Positions 28,720 through 39,025 of a stretch of DNA of 64,000 nt are shown piece by piece. The notes beneath the pieces are model-generated. The model worked only from the letters and a program-made list of their open reading frames with translations, did no database searches and was not told the DNA's origin. This DNA comes from Caldisericaceae bacterium (GTDB lineage Bacteria; Caldisericota; Caldisericia; Caldisericales; Caldisericaceae). Location of the stretch: the NCBI GenBank assembly GCA_049967855.1, contig JBMFRX010000005.1, positions 1-64,000 of the forward strand, written 5' to 3'. The translations under genes were made by a program, and so were the position numbers. Positions within the stretch are counted from its first letter, which is position 1; every line of letters starts with the position of its first letter.

Positions 28720-30548
28720 ACATATTTGAAAGAAACACTCAGGCAATAATATACGGTAGGCAGACAAAACCTGCTCAGAGGATGCTTGATTTTGACTTCA
28801 TTGCTAAAAGGGAAACTCCTTCTGTGGCTTGTTTTATAGACCCAACAGAGAGTGGATTTGAAACGCTTTTCTTTGGAAGCGAAGAAGTTTTGATTCCTGT
28901 TTACAAAACGATTAACGAGGCAGTCAAGAAGCATGGGGATGCGACTGTTATGGTTAATTTTGCTTCGTTCAGGTCTGCTTATGAAACCACTTTTGAGGCA
29001 ATAAACACAGAAACTATAAAAACAATCGTGGTGATAGCAGAAGGAGTGCCTGAAAGAGACGAAAGGATACTCGCTCACCTGGCAAAAGAAAAGGGAAAGG
29101 TAATTATAGGGCCTGCAACTGTTGGTGGAATAGCTGCAGGCAAGTTCAGGATTGGAAATACTGGTGGAACTATTGAAAACATTGTTGCCTCAAAACTGCA
29201 CAGGCCTGGTAGTGTAGGACTTGTTACTAAGTCTGGCGGAATGCTTAATGAAATGTTCAATATTGTAGCCAATAACTCTGATGGTGCTTTTGAAGGTATT
29301 GCTATTGGTGGTGACAGGTACCCTGGCTCATCTCTTGTTGACCATCTTGTGAGGCTAAACAACATTCCTGAAGTTAAGTTTCTTGTGATGCTCGGAGAGG
29401 TTGGCGGCCTTGAGGAATACAAAGTAATTGAGGCTCTGAAAAATGGCCAAATAAACAAGCCTCTTGTGGCTTGGGTTACGGGGACGTGCTCAAAGATTTT
29501 CCCAACAGAAGTTCAATTTGGGCATGCAGGAGCTCGGGCCAATGCCACCAACGAAACTGCTGACAGCAAAAATATTGCCCTTAGGGAAGCAGGCGCAATT
29601 GTTCCCTCATCATTTGATGAACTGCCAGAGAAGATCAAAGCAGTCTACGAAGAACTAAAGAAGAGCGGTGTCATTGGAGAAGTTAATGAGTTTACCCCGC
29701 CATCCCTTCCTATCGATTATGATACTGCTGTCAAGAACGGAATCGTTCGCAGGCATAGGCAGTTTGTGACAACTATTTCTGACGACAGGGGAGATGAGGT
29801 AAAGTATGCTGGCATTCCTCTTTCAGAGCTGATTGAGTCTAAGAAGACCATTGGTGATATCATAGGTTTGCTTTGGCTCAAGAAACAACTTCCTGAATAT
29901 GCCGCAAAATTCATTGAGCTTGTTATAGAGACAGTTGCAGACCACGGACCCTGCGTTTCAGGAGCTCACAATGCTATTGTAGCAGCTCGTGCTGGCAAAG
30001 ACCTTGTCTCATCAGTTGCTTCTGGATTGCTGACAATAGGGCCGCGGTTTGGAGGAGCTATAGACGGAGCTGGATACTACTTCAAGTGGGGTAAAGACAA
30101 CAACTTGAGTGCAAGAGAGTTTGTTGATGAGATGAAGGAGAAAGGTATACCAATACCTGGCATTGGGCATAGAGTTAAAAGTCTTAAGAATCCAGACAAA
30201 AGAGTGGTTATTTTGAAGGAGTTTGCGAAGAAAAATTTCTCTCAGACTGAATATCTTGACTATGCACTCGAAGTTGAACAAGTTACAACTTCCAAAAAAG
30301 AGAATCTCATTCTTAACGTTGATGGATGCACTGGCGTGTTGCTTGTTGATTTGCTGAAATCACTTGGCTTTAATGACGAGGAAATCAAAGAGCGGATAGA
30401 TGCTGGATTGTTGAACGCATTCTTTGTGCTTGGAAGAACCATCGGAATGATAGGGCATGTGATCGATCAAAAGATGCTTAAATCAAACCTTTATAGAACT
30501 CCGTATGACGATGTGTTGTACAAATTACCTCGAAAGGAAGACCTATAA
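28716..30548 (+). CDS. aclA: ATP citrate lyase, CoA-binding/phospho-His/citryl-CoA lyase subunit
   Basis: GPATVGG, QFGHAGA, DHGPCVSGAHN, GIGHRVKS, LNVDG. Confidence 0.95.
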   Translation: MNIFERNTQAIIYGRQTKPAQRMLDFDFIAKRETPSVACFIDPTESGFETLFFGSEEVLIPVYKTINEAVKKHGDATVMVNFASFRSAYETTFEAINTETIKTIVVIAEGVPERDERILAHLAKEKGKVIIGPATVGGIAAGKFRIGNTGGTIENIVASKLHRPGSVGLVTKSGGMLNEMFNIVANNSDGAFEGIAIGGDRYPGSSLVDHLVRLNNIPEVKFLVMLGEVGGLEEYKVIEALKNGQINKPLVAWVTGTCSKIFPTEVQFGHAGARANATNETADSKNIALREAGAIVPSSFDELPEKIKAVYEELKKSGVIGEVNEFTPPSLPIDYDTAVKNGIVRRHRQFVTTISDDRGDEVKYAGIPLSELIESKKTIGDIIGLLWLKKQLPEYAAKFIELVIETVADHGPCVSGAHNAIVAARAGKDLVSSVASGLLTIGPRFGGAIDGAGYYFKWGKDNNLSAREFVDEMKEKGIPIPGIGHRVKSLKNPDKRVVILKEFAKKNFSQTEYLDYALEVEQVTTSKKENLILNVDGCTGVLLVDLLKSLGFNDEEIKERIDAGLLNAFFVLGRTIGMIGHVIDQKMLKSNLYRTPYDDVLYKLPRKEDL

Positions 30549-30575
30549 TAGGCAATCATAACAAGTTATGCAAAC

Positions 30576-30604
30576 GAGAGCTCTCATTTATTGAGGGCTC
30601 TTTT
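30576..30604. terminator. intrinsic terminator between aclA and convergent ispE
   Basis: GAGAGCTCTCA-tttat-TGAGGGCTCTTTT. Confidence 0.7.
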
Positions 30605-30615
30605 AATAATGCGAA

Positions 30616-31455
30616 TTAGATAGTTTCGGTAAGAACGTGTCTCAAGCCTGCTTTCTGTAGTTTCCTAGAAATGTATTTAGCTTGTTCCAATTTATCGAAC
30701 AAGGAAAAGAACGATGAACCAGACCCAGTCAAATGAAACTTTGTGCTTGTAAAATGTTCAACAAAGTCGAAAAGTTTGCGATAACGCGAGTCAATTTTCT
30801 TGAACAGCAATTCAAAGTCGTTGTATGCAAGGTCGTTCAACATAGAAGCATTGTAATCTGTTGAGAGTGCCGAAATAAACTTATCTGTGTATGTTCCGTT
30901 TGAGAAGCTTCCAAATTTGTCAAAAAGTTCATAGGCAAGCCTTGTAGGAGAATGGAAGACTGGAAAAATAATTATAATATAAATTTTATTAAGGTTTTGA
31001 ATGGGCTCGACAGTGTCACCTACTCCGCTCACAAAGGCTGTTGACCCGTTGAAAAAGAAAGGAACGTCTGAGCCAATTCTTTTGCCAAGTTGGATGAGTG
31101 ACGCATCACTCAGAGGATTCCCGAACAACCTATTAAGTAGAAACAGAGTTGCCCTTGCATCGGAACTCCCGCCACCAAGCCCAGAACCTACGGGAATGGA
31201 CTTCTTTACGGAAATATTCACTGGCTCTATTATAGATGTTGCTTCTCTGAAAATATCCCTTGCAATGTGGACAGTAGTTATCTTTGAAAACACCTTCCTG
31301 TTAAATGAAACTTCGTCAATGAAGGCATTCTCAATGGAAATACGGTCGCTTAACTTTATTTTTTGAAAAACCGATGCTATTTGATGGTAAGCATCTTCAG
31401 TTTTGCCTGTTATCTCGAGAGTCAAGTTTAATTTTGCATTAGCATATTCTATCAT
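30616..31455 (-). CDS. ispE: 4-diphosphocytidyl-2-C-methyl-D-erythritol kinase
   Basis: AKLNLTL, IPVGSGLGGGSSDA, GSDVPFF, LTGSGS; probable start MIEY. Confidence 0.95.
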   Translation of the reverse strand: MIEYANAKLNLTLEITGKTEDAYHQIASVFQKIKLSDRISIENAFIDEVSFNRKVFSKITTVHIARDIFREATSIIEPVNISVKKSIPVGSGLGGGSSDARATLFLLNRLFGNPLSDASLIQLGKRIGSDVPFFFNGSTAFVSGVGDTVEPIQNLNKIYIIIIFPVFHSPTRLAYELFDKFGSFSNGTYTDKFISALSTDYNASMLNDLAYNDFELLFKKIDSRYRKLFDFVEHFTSTKFHLTGSGSSFFSLFDKLEQAKYISRKLQKAGLRHVLTETI

Positions 31456-31505
31456 GCAATTATTATACATTTCTTTTGCATAAATAAAATCAATTCAATT
31501 TTTTA

Positions 31506-31533
31506 TTGACTTTTATTGTAAACTAATTACAAT
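31506..31533 (+). promoter_or_regulatory. promoter TTGACT-N16-TACAAT for pheS
   Basis: -35 at 31506-31511 and -10 at 31528-31533. Confidence 0.65.
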
Positions 31534-31556
31534 TAAACTAATACGGAGGAATTTTT

Positions 31557-32573
31557 ATGGACGATATTGAAAAGATAAAAAAAGAATTTGATACCAAACT
31601 GCATGAAGTCAAAGCGAGCTCTTTAAAGGAAATTGAAGATGAGTATTTGAGCCGAAAAGGGCTTATAGCTAATTTGTTCCAGCAGATGAAAGACCTTGAT
31701 GAAGAGTCAAGGCGGAAATTTGGCAAAGAACTCAACATATTTAAGTCTTACGTCGAAAGCGAAATAGAGCACAGAAAGAGTGAACTTGAAGAGGCGCAAA
31801 GACAGGAAGAGCTTGAGAAAGAAAAGATTGACATTACAATTCCTGGTTTGAGGCTATCAAATGGTGCTTTGCACATATTGACGCAGACAATTAAAGAGGT
31901 GGAAGATATATTCATTTCGATGGGATTTGACATAAGAACAGGACCTGAGATTGAAAGCGACTATTACAATTTTGAGGCGCTCAATATACCTGAGTATCAC
32001 CCTGCGCGCGATATGCAGGACACATTCTACATTGCACCAAAGCTTCTGCTTAGAACACAGACTTCCCCGATACAGATTAGAACAATGGAAGCCCAGAAAC
32101 CTCCTATTAGAATGATTGCAACAGGACGCTGTTATAGGAGAGATGCTGTGGATAGTTCTCATTCTCCAATATTTCACCAGGTGGAAGGGCTTGTTATTGA
32201 TAAAGACATCTCTTTCAGAGACTTAAAGGGTGTGCTTGCCGAGTTTACCAGAAAGATGTTTGGTGAGTCAGTTCGAGTAAGGTTTACGCCATCCTATTTT
32301 CCTTTTGTAGAGCCTGGTGCAGAAACCGCTATAAGCTGCGTTATGTGTGGAGGAAAAGGTTGTCCTGTTTGCAAATTCTCGGGGTGGCTTGAGATGGGCG
32401 GTTCTGGAATGGTGCATCCTAATGTCCTTAGAAACGTTGGAATAGACCCTGAAAAGTACCAGGGATTTGCATTTGGCTGGGGAATAGAAAGGATTGCTAT
32501 GGTGAAGTATGAAATACCTGACATCAGGTTTTTCTATCAAAACGACATCAGGTTCTTGAACCAGTTCAAGTAG
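31557..32573 (+). CDS. pheS: phenylalanyl-tRNA synthetase alpha subunit
   Basis: HPARDMQDTFY, FHQVEG, YFPFVEP, GFAFGWGIER. Confidence 0.98.
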   Translation: MDDIEKIKKEFDTKLHEVKASSLKEIEDEYLSRKGLIANLFQQMKDLDEESRRKFGKELNIFKSYVESEIEHRKSELEEAQRQEELEKEKIDITIPGLRLSNGALHILTQTIKEVEDIFISMGFDIRTGPEIESDYYNFEALNIPEYHPARDMQDTFYIAPKLLLRTQTSPIQIRTMEAQKPPIRMIATGRCYRRDAVDSSHSPIFHQVEGLVIDKDISFRDLKGVLAEFTRKMFGESVRVRFTPSYFPFVEPGAETAISCVMCGGKGCPVCKFSGWLEMGGSGMVHPNVLRNVGIDPEKYQGFAFGWGIERIAMVKYEIPDIRFFYQNDIRFLNQFK

Positions 32574-32586
32574 GGGGAGGTGAGCG

Positions 32587-34977
32587 ATGATAATTTCTTT
32601 CAGGTTGTTAAAAGGCTTAATTGACTTTGACTATACCCCCCAAACTCTTTCGCAAATGCTCACTTCATTAGGCATCGAAGTTGAAGGAATCAGGAAAGTG
32701 AACCACACTTTTGAAGGCATAGTTACGGGAAAAGTTCTTTCTGTTAATAGAATCAAAGAGACAGAGCTTTTTGAAGTGGAATTGGGGTATAAGGACTCGC
32801 GTGTGACGGTTATTACTTCAGCAAAAAATCTAAAAGCAAACGATGTTGTTGGATTTGCACCTGTCGGCAGCAAAATAGCTAACGGAAATATCATTCAAGA
32901 CAAAAGCTTTATGGGACACGTCTCTCAGGGGATGCTCTGCTCTGCAGAAGAGCTTGGCTTAGAGAACGAGCTTCTAAGTGCAGAGGAAAAGGAGGGTATC
33001 TTTGTTTTGCCGCAGGATACTCCCGTAGGTGTGCCCTTCGAAGAAGTTCTTCCTATTGATGACGATTTACTTGAGGTTTCGCTCCTTCCAGATAGGGCTG
33101 ACGCATTTTACAGTGTTGGTTTTGCTCGTTGGGTTGAAATTTTAAGCGCACGCAATAATGGCCGAAAGGCTGATTTCAGTAAACTTGAGTCATATTATGA
33201 TGTGCAGGATGAGTTTGAGAATAATTTTGAAGTGGAACTTGCTAATACCAATCTGTGTCCTTTGTACTCTTCAAGAATTATAAGAAATATAGACATCAAG
33301 AAGAGCTCTTACGAGTTGAGGAGAGAGCTGTTTCTTTTGAGAATTCGTCCTATCAACAATATTGTTGACATAACAAACCTTGTTGCAAAGAAATATGGGC
33401 AGCCGCTTCACGCATTTGACTTTGATAAGCTGCAAGGAAAGATAATCGTTCGTACCGCTAAAGAAGGCGAGAAGCTAAGGACTCTTGATGGAGTTCACAG
33501 AAATCTAAATACAAGCAACCTTTTAATTACTGACTTGTCTGGCCCAATTGCAATTGCAGGTGTAATGGGCGGTGAGGCAACGGCTGTCACGCAAGAAACG
33601 CGAAATGTCTTCATAGAGAGTGCATATTTTGACCCAATGACGATTGCATATAGTTCAAGAAGCATTGGCTTGATAACTGATGCTTCGGCATTGTTCGAGA
33701 AAGGCGTAGACAGCTCATTCCAATCAGAGGCATCTCGCATAGCAGCAGCCCTTATAAAGAAAGAGGCGGGAGGTTCAGTATCCTCAGAGAGGATTACAGG
33801 GAAGCACATTCAGGGGAAAGTGGTTGAGGCAAGGTTCCAACGAATAAGTTCTTATCTTGGTGAACAAATCCCTGAGAATGATGTGAAAAAATACCTTGAA
33901 TACGAAGGGCTGGAATTTGATGAAAAGACAGATTCAGTAATCGTAAGGGCGCCTGCCTTTAGACAGGACATCAACATCGAAGAAGACGTTATAGAAGAAG
34001 TTTTCAGAATGAAGGGCTATAACGAGCTTGAAGAATCGACTATAGTGAGCCCCGTGCGAAGTGGTGGGAGGTCAGAACAAGGAAATTTCCTACTCGATTT
34101 GAAGTCTTTCCTCGTTGAGTATGGATTGTTGGAAGTGAGTACTTTTTCTTTACTAAATCCGCAGTTGATTAATCAAACAAGCAAATCTCCTGAAGAGGAA
34201 TGGGTTAGATTGATGAACCCATTGTCGGAAGATATGAACATACTGAGACCTTCTCTTTTGCCGATGGTTTATCAGGTTTTAAAGCGGAACTTGAACGTAG
34301 GCGCTTCGAGCATTGCAATATTTGAACTGGACACAGTTTTCAATAAGATTGGTCAGGATTACAAAGAAAGAACGGAGCTTGTTATAATACTTAAGGGCGA
34401 AAGATTGCTGCAGAACGGTTTTAAGAAACATCTCCCGTACGATTTCTATTATCTCAAGGGCATACTTGAGGATGTTTTCGAAAGATTCAATATCCAAAGT
34501 GATTTTGAGAGAAAGCACTTCCCGTACCTCCATCCTTATCAATCGTCAGCGATTTACTGCGACGGAGAGGAGATAGGACATTTGGGCAGGCTTTCTAAAG
34601 ACCTTGATAAAGAGGCATACTTTGCTTCGGTTGATGTTGACATTCTAATGAAGTTGTCTGGCAAAGCGAGAAAATTCAAGGCATTCTCTTTGTATCCATC
34701 TGTAAAAAGAGACATAGCCGTAGTTGTCAATGAGGACGTGGACGAGATTGAAGTAAGGAAGGCAATCTTGTCGAACAACATAAAGGAACTTATAGATGTT
34801 AAGCTGTTTGATTTGTACAGAGGAGCTCCGATTCCTGACGGAAAGAAAAATCTTGCCTATTCGCTGGAATTTTCTTCGCAGGAGAAAACATTCAGAAGCG
34901 AGGAAATTGACGAGTTTATTTCACAGATTGAACGCTCCATAAATACAGCCGTCAAGGGTGAGCTCAGAAGGAAATGA
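32587..34977 (+). CDS. pheT: phenylalanyl-tRNA synthetase beta subunit
   Basis: SQGMLCS, INNIVD, GQPLHAFD, AGVMGG, RDIAVVV, FDLY. Confidence 0.97.
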   Translation: MIISFRLLKGLIDFDYTPQTLSQMLTSLGIEVEGIRKVNHTFEGIVTGKVLSVNRIKETELFEVELGYKDSRVTVITSAKNLKANDVVGFAPVGSKIANGNIIQDKSFMGHVSQGMLCSAEELGLENELLSAEEKEGIFVLPQDTPVGVPFEEVLPIDDDLLEVSLLPDRADAFYSVGFARWVEILSARNNGRKADFSKLESYYDVQDEFENNFEVELANTNLCPLYSSRIIRNIDIKKSSYELRRELFLLRIRPINNIVDITNLVAKKYGQPLHAFDFDKLQGKIIVRTAKEGEKLRTLDGVHRNLNTSNLLITDLSGPIAIAGVMGGEATAVTQETRNVFIESAYFDPMTIAYSSRSIGLITDASALFEKGVDSSFQSEASRIAAALIKKEAGGSVSSERITGKHIQGKVVEARFQRISSYLGEQIPENDVKKYLEYEGLEFDEKTDSVIVRAPAFRQDINIEEDVIEEVFRMKGYNELEESTIVSPVRSGGRSEQGNFLLDLKSFLVEYGLLEVSTFSLLNPQLINQTSKSPEEEWVRLMNPLSEDMNILRPSLLPMVYQVLKRNLNVGASSIAIFELDTVFNKIGQDYKERTELVIILKGERLLQNGFKKHLPYDFYYLKGILEDVFERFNIQSDFERKHFPYLHPYQSSAIYCDGEEIGHLGRLSKDLDKEAYFASVDVDILMKLSGKARKFKAFSLYPSVKRDIAVVVNEDVDEIEVRKAILSNNIKELIDVKLFDLYRGAPIPDGKKNLAYSLEFSSQEKTFRSEEIDEFISQIERSINTAVKGELRRK

Positions 34978-36644
34978 TAAACTGGGAGATTTATCAGAGA
35001 CTCTTGGATATCAAGACTCTGTTTGAGCTTGAGGGAAAATCCACTGAGGCATCGCTCTATGAGCAATCTGCCTACAGCATCGCTGCTCTTGAGTATCCAA
35101 TTGAGACTTCGTTAGACAGGCTCTATTTTCTTCCTCGATTTGTGAAGGAAGACATTGAAGAGATGTTAAACGGCCAAGAGTGTACAACCAGAGAGTCTCT
35201 TGAAAAGGTCATACCTAAAAGCTTGCGTGCCATATCAAGAATTCCAGGTTTGAGGGCAGATGATGCAAAAAAGATTTATGAGAGTATTTCTGCTGACTCG
35301 ATAGATGATATAAAAAATGCGGTTGATTCTGGGAAAATTTCAGCCATTTTTGGAGAAAGATTTGAGAATGAATTGAGACGTCGACTTTTTGAGTATCAGA
35401 AGGACAACCGCTCTTTAAATCTCTTTGACTCATTTTCATATGCAAAATCAATAATAATGAGCCTGGAGGGCTATTTTAAAATAGAGCTAGCAGGAAGCGT
35501 AAGGCGTGGAAAAGAAATTACCGAAAACATTGACTTTGTAGTGCTTGCAAACATTGATGAAGGTTATGAGAAAATTATGAACGTTATCCCTGCTAAACGT
35601 TGTGAACGAGAACGAGAAGATGCCCTGCATCTCAGGGACAAGTATGGAAATCTTTTGAATTTCTACTTTGCAGATGCCGAGTTTTACTATTCTAAGCTCC
35701 AATACTACACGGGTTCTAAGCTTCATAATAGAGCCCTTGCAGAAATAGCTAAGGCAAAAGGCTTTAAGATTGCTAAACGCGGTTATATACTGGTTGGAGC
35801 GAGCAGCGAGGAAGAATTTTACGAAAAGTTGGGTATGAAGTATATTCCACCTGAAGTGAGAGAAGGAGAAGATGAAATCGAACTTGCAGAGAAGGGAAGC
35901 CTACCAAAGCTAGTCGAAGCAAAAGACATAAAAGGGGATTTGCACGTTCACTCAGATTTTAGTGACGGAACAAATTCTATTTACGAGCTCAAAGACGAAA
36001 CTGCTTTCTTAGGATACGATTATTTTGCTGTTACAGACCACTCTTCATCTCTCAAAATAGCTAACGGACTTAGTCATAAGAGGCTATTAAGAGAAATTGA
36101 AATTATTGATAAAATAAATAGTGAGAAATCTTCACCTTATATTTTGAAAGGAACTGAAACGGAGATTAATGATGATGGAAGTATTGATACAAGTTCTGAA
36201 GAAAGAGGAAGGCTCGACTTGGTTGTTGGTGCACTGCACTCTTTTTCTCAGAGAAGCGCTGAGAACACAGAAAGGATTGTTAAAGCAATGAAGAATAATT
36301 TAATTAACACACTTGCCCACCCGACAGGTAGAATTATCAACGTTAGAGAATCAATTGCCATAGACTTTGACAAGGTTTGTTCTGTAGCCTCATCAAGTGA
36401 CACCGCTCTTGAGGTGAACCTGTTTCCAAACAGAATTGACCTCTCTAGCAACCTTGTAAAACAAGCTTTATCAAACGGTGTTAAGAGATTTACTGTTGGA
36501 ACAGATGCTCATAGCGCAGGCCACTTGCATTTTATGGAATACGGCTTAAAAATACTTAGACGAGCCTGGCTGTTGCCAGAAAATATTTTAAATACATTTG
36601 AGCTTGAGGAGCTTAAGAAAACCCTATGGATGAAGAAACATTAA
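34974..36644 (+). CDS. polX: PolX-PHP protein with a degenerate polymerase active site
   Basis: AGSVRRG, YTGSKLHN, YIPPEVRE; intact PHP motifs DLHVHS, TDHS, AHPTG, TDAH. Confidence 0.9.
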   Translation: MINWEIYQRLLDIKTLFELEGKSTEASLYEQSAYSIAALEYPIETSLDRLYFLPRFVKEDIEEMLNGQECTTRESLEKVIPKSLRAISRIPGLRADDAKKIYESISADSIDDIKNAVDSGKISAIFGERFENELRRRLFEYQKDNRSLNLFDSFSYAKSIIMSLEGYFKIELAGSVRRGKEITENIDFVVLANIDEGYEKIMNVIPAKRCEREREDALHLRDKYGNLLNFYFADAEFYYSKLQYYTGSKLHNRALAEIAKAKGFKIAKRGYILVGASSEEEFYEKLGMKYIPPEVREGEDEIELAEKGSLPKLVEAKDIKGDLHVHSDFSDGTNSIYELKDETAFLGYDYFAVTDHSSSLKIANGLSHKRLLREIEIIDKINSEKSSPYILKGTETEINDDGSIDTSSEERGRLDLVVGALHSFSQRSAENTERIVKAMKNNLINTLAHPTGRIINVRESIAIDFDKVCSVASSSDTALEVNLFPNRIDLSSNLVKQALSNGVKRFTVGTDAHSAGHLHFMEYGLKILRRAWLLPENILNTFELEELKKTLWMKKH

Positions 36645-38983
36645 GAATACTTGGATACTTTGACATCACCGATGAATTGTCTCGCCTCTGTATAACGAGT
36701 GGAGGAAAGGATTTTGCTCATAGACTTAAACCTCTTGAAACTTATGATGAAGCTCTCTTAGAGCTTAAGGAGACCACTGAGGCAAAGTTCTTTTATGACA
36801 AAGAGGGAGACTTGCCTTTCGTTGAATTTGTCGATGTTGAGCCCATACTTGACAGCATTCGAGTTTTATCAATCGTAAGAGGCGAAGAGCTACTGAGAAT
36901 TGCAAGTTTTATAAATACCCTCATAGAAATAAAGGACATAGGTGAATCGTTCAGTGACCAGCTGTCTCTCTTGAGAAATTATACCTCCAGAATAAGCGCT
37001 CTCCCTGAGATTGCAGAGAAAATTTATCATTCCATTGAACCAGATGGCACCGTAAAAGACGATGCGTCGCCTTTGCTTTCAATAATAAGAAGGGAAATAA
37101 AAATATCATACGGAAGAATTCAGACAATATTGCAAAGCTTCATTTACTCCAAAGATTACGAGGATGTCATACAGGACCCTATTATTACTAAGAGAAATGG
37201 AAGATACGTAATTCCGATACGACAGAATGTTAGGCCTGCCTTTCAGTATATTGTTCAAGGCGAATCGAGCACGCGCTTAACTGTTTTTGCTGAGCCAATC
37301 TCTGTAGTTGAACTTAATAACAAACTCGTTGACCTTGCATCAAAAGAAAAAGCCGAAGAAGAAAGGATAATTTTGGAAATAGAGGAACTTATTGCATCAA
37401 AGATGGGCAGCATATCAAGCTCCTTAGGAGAAGTCTACAAGCTGGATTTCATTTTTGCAAAGGCAAAGCTTTCCTCAAAGCTCAAAGGAGAAGAACCAGA
37501 ACTTGCAACCGATTGCGAGATTTACCTTGCTGAAGCACGCCATCCTTTTATTCCTGAGGAAGTCGTTGTGCCTATAAACGTTGAGGTTGGCAAAAACTTC
37601 AGAATGCTTGTAATTACCGGGCCAAACACTGGCGGCAAAACTGTAACTCTTAAAACCATTGGTTTGTTGACTTTAATGGCAATGTCGGGGCTGCATATCC
37701 CTGCTTATTCTTCGTCGAAGATTGGCTTCTTCAGTAAGGTGTTTGCTGATATTGGGGATGAGCAGAGCATACAGCAAAGTCTTTCGACGTTTTCGTCACA
37801 TATGAGAAAAATCATCAATATTCTTAACAATGCCGATAATAGAAGCCTTGTGCTGATAGATGAACTTGGCGCAGGAACAGATCCAGAAGAGGGCTCTGCG
37901 CTTGGTTATGCAATACTTAAGAAACTTTATGAAATTGAAGCGACTACTGTCGTTTCTACTCACCACAGCAAACTTAAAGAGTTCCCATACAAGTTTAAAC
38001 TTTCTCAGAACGCAGCGGTTGGATTTGACACTGAAACCCTTGCTCCGACTTACCATCTCTATATTGGGATACCAGGAGAAAGCCATGCTTTTGTCATTGC
38101 AAAGAATCTCGGCCTTGCTGATGATATTCTTAATGAGGCTGAGAGCCAGCTATCAGAGGACTTTGTAGAATCCAAAGAGATAATTTCGAGGATGTCTCAA
38201 GAGCAAAAAAAGATTGGAGAATCAAGAGAAATCATAGAGAAAAACAGGGAAGAAGCCGAAGAACTCAAAAAAACTTTAGAAAAAAAGGTTCAGGATATTG
38301 ACGACAGAAAGCGGGTTGAGGTAAAGAAAGCTTACGATGAAGCGAGAAGAATTGTTGATGAAACCAAGAAAACTATGAACGAAATTCTTGAAAACCTCGA
38401 TAATGCAATAAAGAGCCAGAAAGTGATTCAGGAACTCAAAAAAACTTTTACAGAAGAAAGCCAGAAAATTGAAGAAGCCATTGAGCAATCCGAGCCAAAA
38501 GAAAATGTTGACATATGCGAGATTCAGGAGGGGACGCTTGTCTATGTGCCTCATTTCAACAAGCAGGGCATCGTTTTATCCAAACTTGAAGATAAAGGAA
38601 AACTTGTGATACAGATGGGGAGCATTAGAGCCTCTGTGTCCATAAATGATGTCAAAGCTATCAACAATGCAACTTATACTCCTCCTGTGCAGAAAGATGA
38701 GGAAAAAAGCGAAATACTTAAAGAGTTATCAAATTTGCAAGTCCCAATGAAGATAGACCTTCACGGTCTGACTGCTGAAGAGGCAATAGAGAAGCTCGAT
38801 AAATACCTGGATTCGGCATATCTTGTTGGAATGCCTTTCGTGTATGTTGTCCATGGCAAAGGTTCTGGAGCCTTAAGAGAAGCCGTAATCAATTACCTTA
38901 GAGCAAAAGAACATGTGTCTCACTTTTATATTGGCACACCTGAGGAAGGCGGAAGTGGTGTGACAATAGTTTACTTAAAATGA
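36626..38983 (+). CDS. mutS2: MutS2 with Smr domain
   Basis: TGPNTGGKT, DIGDEQS, DELGAGTDP, IDLHG...HGKGSG. Confidence 0.96.
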   Translation: MDEETLRILGYFDITDELSRLCITSGGKDFAHRLKPLETYDEALLELKETTEAKFFYDKEGDLPFVEFVDVEPILDSIRVLSIVRGEELLRIASFINTLIEIKDIGESFSDQLSLLRNYTSRISALPEIAEKIYHSIEPDGTVKDDASPLLSIIRREIKISYGRIQTILQSFIYSKDYEDVIQDPIITKRNGRYVIPIRQNVRPAFQYIVQGESSTRLTVFAEPISVVELNNKLVDLASKEKAEEERIILEIEELIASKMGSISSSLGEVYKLDFIFAKAKLSSKLKGEEPELATDCEIYLAEARHPFIPEEVVVPINVEVGKNFRMLVITGPNTGGKTVTLKTIGLLTLMAMSGLHIPAYSSSKIGFFSKVFADIGDEQSIQQSLSTFSSHMRKIINILNNADNRSLVLIDELGAGTDPEEGSALGYAILKKLYEIEATTVVSTHHSKLKEFPYKFKLSQNAAVGFDTETLAPTYHLYIGIPGESHAFVIAKNLGLADDILNEAESQLSEDFVESKEIISRMSQEQKKIGESREIIEKNREEAEELKKTLEKKVQDIDDRKRVEVKKAYDEARRIVDETKKTMNEILENLDNAIKSQKVIQELKKTFTEESQKIEEAIEQSEPKENVDICEIQEGTLVYVPHFNKQGIVLSKLEDKGKLVIQMGSIRASVSINDVKAINNATYTPPVQKDEEKSEILKELSNLQVPMKIDLHGLTAEEAIEKLDKYLDSAYLVGMPFVYVVHGKGSGALREAVINYLRAKEHVSHFYIGTPEEGGSGVTIVYLK

Positions 38984-39025
38984 TTTAATCTCTGATGGCA
39001 TTTAAGAGATTGTGTTCATAACTGA

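Noticed and set aside
24297..30548. Claim of autotrophic CO2 fixation by rTCA
   Set aside because: The other rTCA enzymes are not in the window, and aclAB alone is insufficient evidence.
31470..31557. T-box leader upstream of pheS
   Set aside because: The promoter is only about 23 nt from the start codon and there is no T-box motif.
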